Below, one piece after another: positions 58,989 through 64,000 of a stretch of 64,000 nucleotides of DNA (the stretch's first letter is position 1; each line of letters opens with the position of its first letter). Under the pieces are notes generated by a model. It made no database searches, was not told the DNA's origin, and saw only the letters and a program-made list of their open reading frames with translations. The DNA is taken from NCBI GenBank assembly GCA_965204535.1, contig CBDBEV010000001.1:96001-160000 (forward strand), read 5' to 3'. Source of the DNA: a bacterium. GTDB taxonomy: Bacteria; UBA8248. A program made the translations under genes and the position numbers.

Positions 58989-61214
58989 ATGGATACGACG
59001 CCAGACGGCAGACACGGCAAGAGCGAATCCTGGGTTCGCGAATGGGTGGGATGGAGTGAACTCACTCCCGCCGGGAACGTGGAAGCGGGCGCATGGGGCA
59101 CTTGGACGATCATCTACCATGTCGGCAGATATGGGGTGGACGATGGGGGAACGATTGTGCTCTCTCGCCGCTTTGCCAGCGATTGGGCCAAACCGCAAAC
59201 CGACGCACCCGGTGAGGCTCACTATGCGAGCGTAACCACGAGTGGAAGCGCATCCCTCAGGGTAAGGTGGGACCCGAAATCGAACATCAGACCCTGGCAG
59301 CAAGGCTTGGCCATCGACGTATTCGACAGCTATTTGGCGCAAGGAGATACGGTAACCATCGTTCTGGGAGATAGAAGCGGCGGCGGTGCGGGAACCCGCG
59401 CACAAACCTTTTGCGAAAAAAATTTCCGCTTCCGGCTCTTCGTCGATTGCTTCGGCTCGAATCGCTTCATCGAAGCAGCCGATACACCCGCCTTCTCCAT
59501 TGTCCCTGGAAAACCCGCCCGCCTCGTCATCCATGGCGCGACGGAACAAGCACCCGATGAGACATCCTGGATGCAGGTGAAACTCGAGGATATATGGGGG
59601 AATCCGTGCCATGGCGTAGACGCGGAAGTCTCACTCGCCCCAGAGGGCGCGAGTTGTGAAGGATTGCCAAAAACAATTCGTTTCGAGCGCGGTAAACCCG
59701 CTGTAGTTCGCCTGGAAAACTTATGTTGGGAACCCGGCAGATGGGGGCGTATACGAGGCGACGCCGGAGGAAACATTCTCCCGGCTTACAGTAATTACGT
59801 GCACGCCATGAAGAAAATCCACCAATGGCGGCCATTCTGGGGCGACCTCCACGGCCAGAGCGAAGAGACGGTGGGCACAAACACAGCGGATGATTATTTT
59901 GCTTTCGCCCGCGATATGGCCGGAGCACAATTCTCCTGCCACCAGGGGAATGATTTTCAAGTCACGAAAGATACCTGGGACGCCGTTCGAGCGGCCACGA
60001 AGAAATACAACGAACCGGGTCGCTTCGTCACGTTCCTGGGGGTCGAATGGTCCGCCGTGACGGGAATGGGCGGGGACAGAAACGTCATGTACCTCGGTGA
60101 TGACGGCCCCTTGCACCGAACCAGCCACTGGCAAATAGATGATTGGTATGATCAGGAGACGGACAGATACCCCCTCGATGAGCTTTACAGCGCAATGGAA
60201 GGGCGTAGCGACGTCACCCTAATCCCCCACATCGGAGGCCGGCGGGCGAGCCTGGACTATCACCACGCAGGGCTTGAGCGCGTTATGGAAATCTATTCTT
60301 CCTGGGGCCGTTTTGAATGGTTCGTGGAAGAAGCCCTGGCAAAAGGCTGGCGCGTGGGCATAACGGCCGGAAGCGATGGACACAAGGGACGACCGGGAGC
60401 CAGCTACCCTGGCGCCGCTATTTTCGGAGTCTATGGCGGTTACGCCTGCATCTATTCGGAAGAACTCACACGCGAAAGCCTTTGGGAGGCGATTCAAGCA
60501 AGGCGCGTCTATGCAACAACCGGGAAGAAGATTCATCTCTCCTTCTCGGCTGGAAACCATTTCATGGGCGAGGAATTTGAATCTACCGACCCCCCTGTGT
60601 TCAAGGTCCGGGCCATGGGCGAATGCGGCATCGAGTCGATAGAACTCAAGCGCGCTTCGCAGACCATTTTGTCTTATCGCCCCAAAGATGCAATTGCCCG
60701 GAACTCAGATTGGTTTCGTGTATCTTGGAGCGGCGCCCGAATACACCAGCGCAACCGCCAGACTCACTGGCACGGCGGTTTGCGGGTCGATAAAGGGAGA
60801 ATCGAAGAGCCAAGAAACTGGCAAGTGGACAACCTGGAAGAAGGCATACAGGCGGTCGATGAACGAAGTATCCAGTGGCTGAGCCGAACGACCGGGGATG
60901 CGGACGGCGTCGAATTCCGCCATACAGGCGGAGACGATGCAACGCTCTTCTTCGAAACCGAAGTCGTTTCCTTTGAGGTGAAACTCGATGATATCAGTGC
61001 CGTTCCGTATGTGATTGAAGCGGGCGGCGTTCGTCAACAGGTGGAAGTGCAGCGCATCAGTCCAACGTCAGGGAACCCTTACGCGAACGTCACGTTCGAC
61101 ATCGATAAAAGCGATTTTCACGATGGCTGGAACCCCTATTTCATCAGATTGATGCAAGAAGACGGTGCATTGGCCTGGAGCAGTCCTATTTTTACAAAAA
61201 GGGTGAAAAAATGA
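58989..61214 (+). CDS. DUF3604-like PHP-fold metalloprotein
   Basis: WGDLHGQS, HQGND, GVEWS, PHIGGR, GSDGHKGRPG, RRVYATTG and AWSSPI motifs. Confidence 0.75.
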   Translation: MDTTPDGRHGKSESWVREWVGWSELTPAGNVEAGAWGTWTIIYHVGRYGVDDGGTIVLSRRFASDWAKPQTDAPGEAHYASVTTSGSASLRVRWDPKSNIRPWQQGLAIDVFDSYLAQGDTVTIVLGDRSGGGAGTRAQTFCEKNFRFRLFVDCFGSNRFIEAADTPAFSIVPGKPARLVIHGATEQAPDETSWMQVKLEDIWGNPCHGVDAEVSLAPEGASCEGLPKTIRFERGKPAVVRLENLCWEPGRWGRIRGDAGGNILPAYSNYVHAMKKIHQWRPFWGDLHGQSEETVGTNTADDYFAFARDMAGAQFSCHQGNDFQVTKDTWDAVRAATKKYNEPGRFVTFLGVEWSAVTGMGGDRNVMYLGDDGPLHRTSHWQIDDWYDQETDRYPLDELYSAMEGRSDVTLIPHIGGRRASLDYHHAGLERVMEIYSSWGRFEWFVEEALAKGWRVGITAGSDGHKGRPGASYPGAAIFGVYGGYACIYSEELTRESLWEAIQARRVYATTGKKIHLSFSAGNHFMGEEFESTDPPVFKVRAMGECGIESIELKRASQTILSYRPKDAIARNSDWFRVSWSGARIHQRNRQTHWHGGLRVDKGRIEEPRNWQVDNLEEGIQAVDERSIQWLSRTTGDADGVEFRHTGGDDATLFFETEVVSFEVKLDDISAVPYVIEAGGVRQQVEVQRISPTSGNPYANVTFDIDKSDFHDGWNPYFIRLMQEDGALAWSSPIFTKRVKK

Positions 61215-61936
61215 CGGCGGACAAATTACCCACTCTCGATGAAAATTGGCAGCGTGCGCTTGCCATTGTGGCACATCCAGATGATATGGAATTCGGTGCG
61301 TCAAGCGCGGTCGCCAGGTGGACGGCTCAAGGCAAGGAAGTCTCATACATTCTCATGACGAGTGGCGAGGCGGGAATCGACGGCATGCCCCCGGAAGAGA
61401 CTGGCCCTGTAAGAGAAGAGGAAGAAATAAAAAGCGCCGCCATCGTCGGCGTTGAGAAGGTGGAATTCCTGGGCTATACGGATGGGGTGATTGAGTACAA
61501 TCTGGCTTTAAGGCGCGACCTCACCAGGAAAATCAGGGCATATCGGCCTGAAATCGTTATAACGCTTTCCCACCACCTCACCTGGCCGGGTGGCCCCTTG
61601 AACATGGCGGACCACCGCTGGCTCGCTTATGGCGTGATGGATGCGAGCCGTGATGCAGGGAATCGCTGGATTTTCCCGGAATTGTTGGGTGAAGGGCTGA
61701 ATCCCTGGACAGGCGTGCGCATGGTGTTGCTCAGCGGCTCTCCTCAACCTTCATATGCCGTTGACGTCAGCGGGTACCTCGAGAAAGGAATTGAATCTTT
61801 GCAAACGCACCAACTCTATATCGACAATCTCGCGCAAGGGTTCGACCCCGTCGGTTTCCTCACCCAAGCGGCCGTCGAAACGGGGAAACAAGCCGGATTT
61901 GAATATGCGGTATCATTCGAGGCGATTTCGATATAA
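61211..61936 (+). CDS. PIG-L/LmbE family deacetylase
   Basis: VAHPDDME, TSGEAG and NMADH motifs, with ATGA overlap to the upstream gene. Confidence 0.88.
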   Translation: MTADKLPTLDENWQRALAIVAHPDDMEFGASSAVARWTAQGKEVSYILMTSGEAGIDGMPPEETGPVREEEEIKSAAIVGVEKVEFLGYTDGVIEYNLALRRDLTRKIRAYRPEIVITLSHHLTWPGGPLNMADHRWLAYGVMDASRDAGNRWIFPELLGEGLNPWTGVRMVLLSGSPQPSYAVDVSGYLEKGIESLQTHQLYIDNLAQGFDPVGFLTQAAVETGKQAGFEYAVSFEAISI

Positions 61937-62055
61937 AAATCTGAAAAAATCCCCGCTCAAGGCTATATCTTCCCAAGCGGATTGGGTAGTATTCGCCTGC
62001 GGTTTGGACGTAACGCGTTTTGTTATATTGATTCAAATATCCGATGAGGGACTGA

Positions 62056-63000
62056 ATGCTTGATGATGCAACAAAACGAGAGTTAAGAGAAAAACATTAC
62101 AACGCCACTCTTACAGATATCGTCTGGCAGCATGAATCGCTCGCATGTTTTCGGGTAAAACCCGATTTCGATTTTCCCGAATACAAATCGGGGCAATACA
62201 CGACGCTGGGGCTGGGTAACTGGGAGCCCCGTCACGTAGACGCCGTCAAGGAGAAAGAGCTCGACGAGAAAAGAATCAGGCGATTGGGCAGGCGGGCCTA
62301 TTCTGTGTCTCACCCGGTTGTCAACGGAGCGGGAGAACTATTTCCACCGGACGACCTGGATTTCCTGGAATTCTACATCGTCCTGGTCATCGGCGAGGAA
62401 GGCGAACCTGCGCCCCTGCTCACCCCGAGACTCTTCCTCTTGAAATCCGGCGACCGTATCCACATGGGTCAAAAATTTACTGGTGAATACACGCTCGACT
62501 GCATGAATGATATTCGGGGTGACGAAAACTCTCTCGTCGTTTTCGCAGGCACAGGGACAGGAGAAGGCCCGCACAATCATATGATATGGGAACTCCTTCG
62601 TACGGGTTACAAAGGCCAAATCGCCAGCATCAACGTCGTGCGCTACAATAACGACCTCGCATACGAAGCCATCTATAGAGAACTTGAGAAGAAATATCCC
62701 CAACTCACATATCACGCGCTCACCACGCGCGAGGCGGATACCATCAACAACAAGGTATATGTTCAGGATTATCTCGCAACGGGCATGTTCGAGGAAAACC
62801 TCGGTCGTAAGATGGACCCTGCGAACACGCATCTGTTCTTGTGCGGAAACCCCGACATGATCGGCATCCCGAAAGTGCGTGAAGGCGAGAAGATATGGCC
62901 AGAAGGCGCGCCCGGCGTTATCCAGATCATGGAAGATCGCGGCTTCACAATGGACTACGGCCGGACGAAGGGAAACATCCACTACGAGAAATATTGGTAA
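62056..63000 (+). CDS. Ferredoxin--NADP(+) reductase family protein
   Basis: GQYTTLG, RAYS, GTGTG.GP, CGNPDMI and C-terminal EKYW motifs. Confidence 0.88.
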   Translation: MLDDATKRELREKHYNATLTDIVWQHESLACFRVKPDFDFPEYKSGQYTTLGLGNWEPRHVDAVKEKELDEKRIRRLGRRAYSVSHPVVNGAGELFPPDDLDFLEFYIVLVIGEEGEPAPLLTPRLFLLKSGDRIHMGQKFTGEYTLDCMNDIRGDENSLVVFAGTGTGEGPHNHMIWELLRTGYKGQIASINVVRYNNDLAYEAIYRELEKKYPQLTYHALTTREADTINNKVYVQDYLATGMFEENLGRKMDPANTHLFLCGNPDMIGIPKVREGEKIWPEGAPGVIQIMEDRGFTMDYGRTKGNIHYEKYW

Positions 63001-63057
63001 CACCTGCATTTCAGACCTCACCTCGGCTCTAGTAGACAAAAATCTGCAGGAGGCCCC

Positions 63058-63837
63058 ATGCCCGATTTCATTCATGAAGCCGAGGGCGTATTCTCCATCC
63101 TCAAGTTCAACAGAAAAGACGTTCGCAACGCCGTCAACGAAGAGATCATGCAGGGGCTCACCGAGGCACTCGACTCGCTTGAAACTTCGAACGAACTAAG
63201 AGCCGTCATCCTCACGGGTGAAGGTGAGGAGGCGTTCTGCTCGGGCGGCGACTTGAAATGGTTACAGTCTTTTGAATCTCGCGAGGCCGGGTTGGGCATG
63301 AGCAGACGGATGCAGGAAATCATGGGGCGTCTGTCCGCATTACCCATACCCGTCATAGCCGTTTTGAACGGATACGCCCTGGGTGGTGGAACCGAAATCG
63401 CCATGGCCTGTGACATGCGGATCATCGAGGAGCACGCTTACATGAGTTTCAAGCAAGCCCGCGTGGGCCTCATGACGGGCTGGGGAGGCGGGGGGCGTCT
63501 CCTCCGCACAATCGGATACGGGCGAGCGCTGGAACTTTTGACTACATGCAAAGAACTGAGCCCGGAAGATGCGCTCAAGATGGGACTTGCAAACGCCGTA
63601 GTGCCCCAAGGGGAGGGTCTTCGCGTCGCCAGGGCGATGGTGGAAGAAATTTCTAAAAGCGCTCCGGGAGCCATCCGCTCATTGAAGGCGTTGCTCTTGT
63701 TCGGATTAGAAAATACACTGGAGAAAACGACGAGTTGGGAATCGTCCCGATTTGCAGATCTTTGGGTATCAGAAGACCATGATGAGGCGGTAAAAGCGTT
63801 TTTTGAAAAGAGAAGACCCGTATTCAAGGGGAGATAA
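63058..63837 (+). CDS. Enoyl-CoA hydratase/isomerase (crotonase) family protein
   Basis: AFCSGGDL, NGYALGGGTEIAMACD and GWGGG motifs. Confidence 0.9.
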   Translation: MPDFIHEAEGVFSILKFNRKDVRNAVNEEIMQGLTEALDSLETSNELRAVILTGEGEEAFCSGGDLKWLQSFESREAGLGMSRRMQEIMGRLSALPIPVIAVLNGYALGGGTEIAMACDMRIIEEHAYMSFKQARVGLMTGWGGGGRLLRTIGYGRALELLTTCKELSPEDALKMGLANAVVPQGEGLRVARAMVEEISKSAPGAIRSLKALLLFGLENTLEKTTSWESSRFADLWVSEDHDEAVKAFFEKRRPVFKGR

Positions 63838-63844
63838 CCCCAAA

Positions 63845-64000
63845 ATGACTAACGATGACCTACAGATAAAAACCCGCTCAGGCCTCGCCTTGGAAAACAC
63901 TTACGACCCTGGAGATATGCCTCAGAGCTATGAACCGGGTAAACCCGGAGAATACCCTCTCACACGTGGCATTCATCCTGAGATGTACAGAAAACGCTTG
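63845..64000 (+). CDS. Methylmalonyl-CoA mutase family protein, N-terminal part (runs off the window)
   Basis: Absent from the ORF track. Translates as MTNDDLQIKTRSGL...PGKPGEYPLTRGIHPEMYRKRL, the PGxxPxTRG motif of acyl-CoA mutases. Confidence 0.8.
   Translation, partial: MTNDDLQIKTRSGLALENTYDPGDMPQSYEPGKPGEYPLTRGIHPEMYRKRL

Noticed and set aside
40900-64000. Apparent drop in GC content in the right third as a genomic island
   Set aside because: This was judged by eye only. The change is gradual, the region contains core genes (hflX, rlpA), and I saw no integrase, tRNA or att boundary.

Overview
A gene-dense, GC-rich bacterial chromosomal window of about 60 CDS. Most encode small-molecule catabolic or detoxifying enzymes: amidohydrolase, three VOC proteins, Rid, cyclase, two MmgE/PrpD, PrpB, cupins, glcDEF, Ldh_2, UxaA/SuyAB-like, CoA-transferase, RraA, PIG-L, enoyl-CoA hydratase and the start of a methylmalonyl-CoA mutase. 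There are also four MFS transporters and some housekeeping genes (leuS, mgtE, hflX, rlpA, mqnD). I saw no rRNA, tRNA or CRISPR array. The ORF track misses several things. (1) Two genes are split at an in-frame TGA followed by a SECIS-like hairpin, so they are probable selenoproteins: an iodothyronine deiodinase-like protein (9714-10352, FGAITUPPF) and, more unusually, a class I CoA-transferase alpha subunit (50781-51608, EHAUASV). The beta partner of the latter appears to lack the canonical catalytic Glu, suggesting a repurposed Sec-dependent enzyme. (2) hflX probably starts at an AUC codon. (3) An intact IS1182-family element with a 5-bp target duplication interrupts an M16 peptidase. (4) Nested MITE/REP elements occupy 6.5-7.1 kb. 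(5) A deletion scar after cobW fuses a cysS 5' end to a potD-like 3' end. Family calls come from motif recognition by eye, and no database searches were run.
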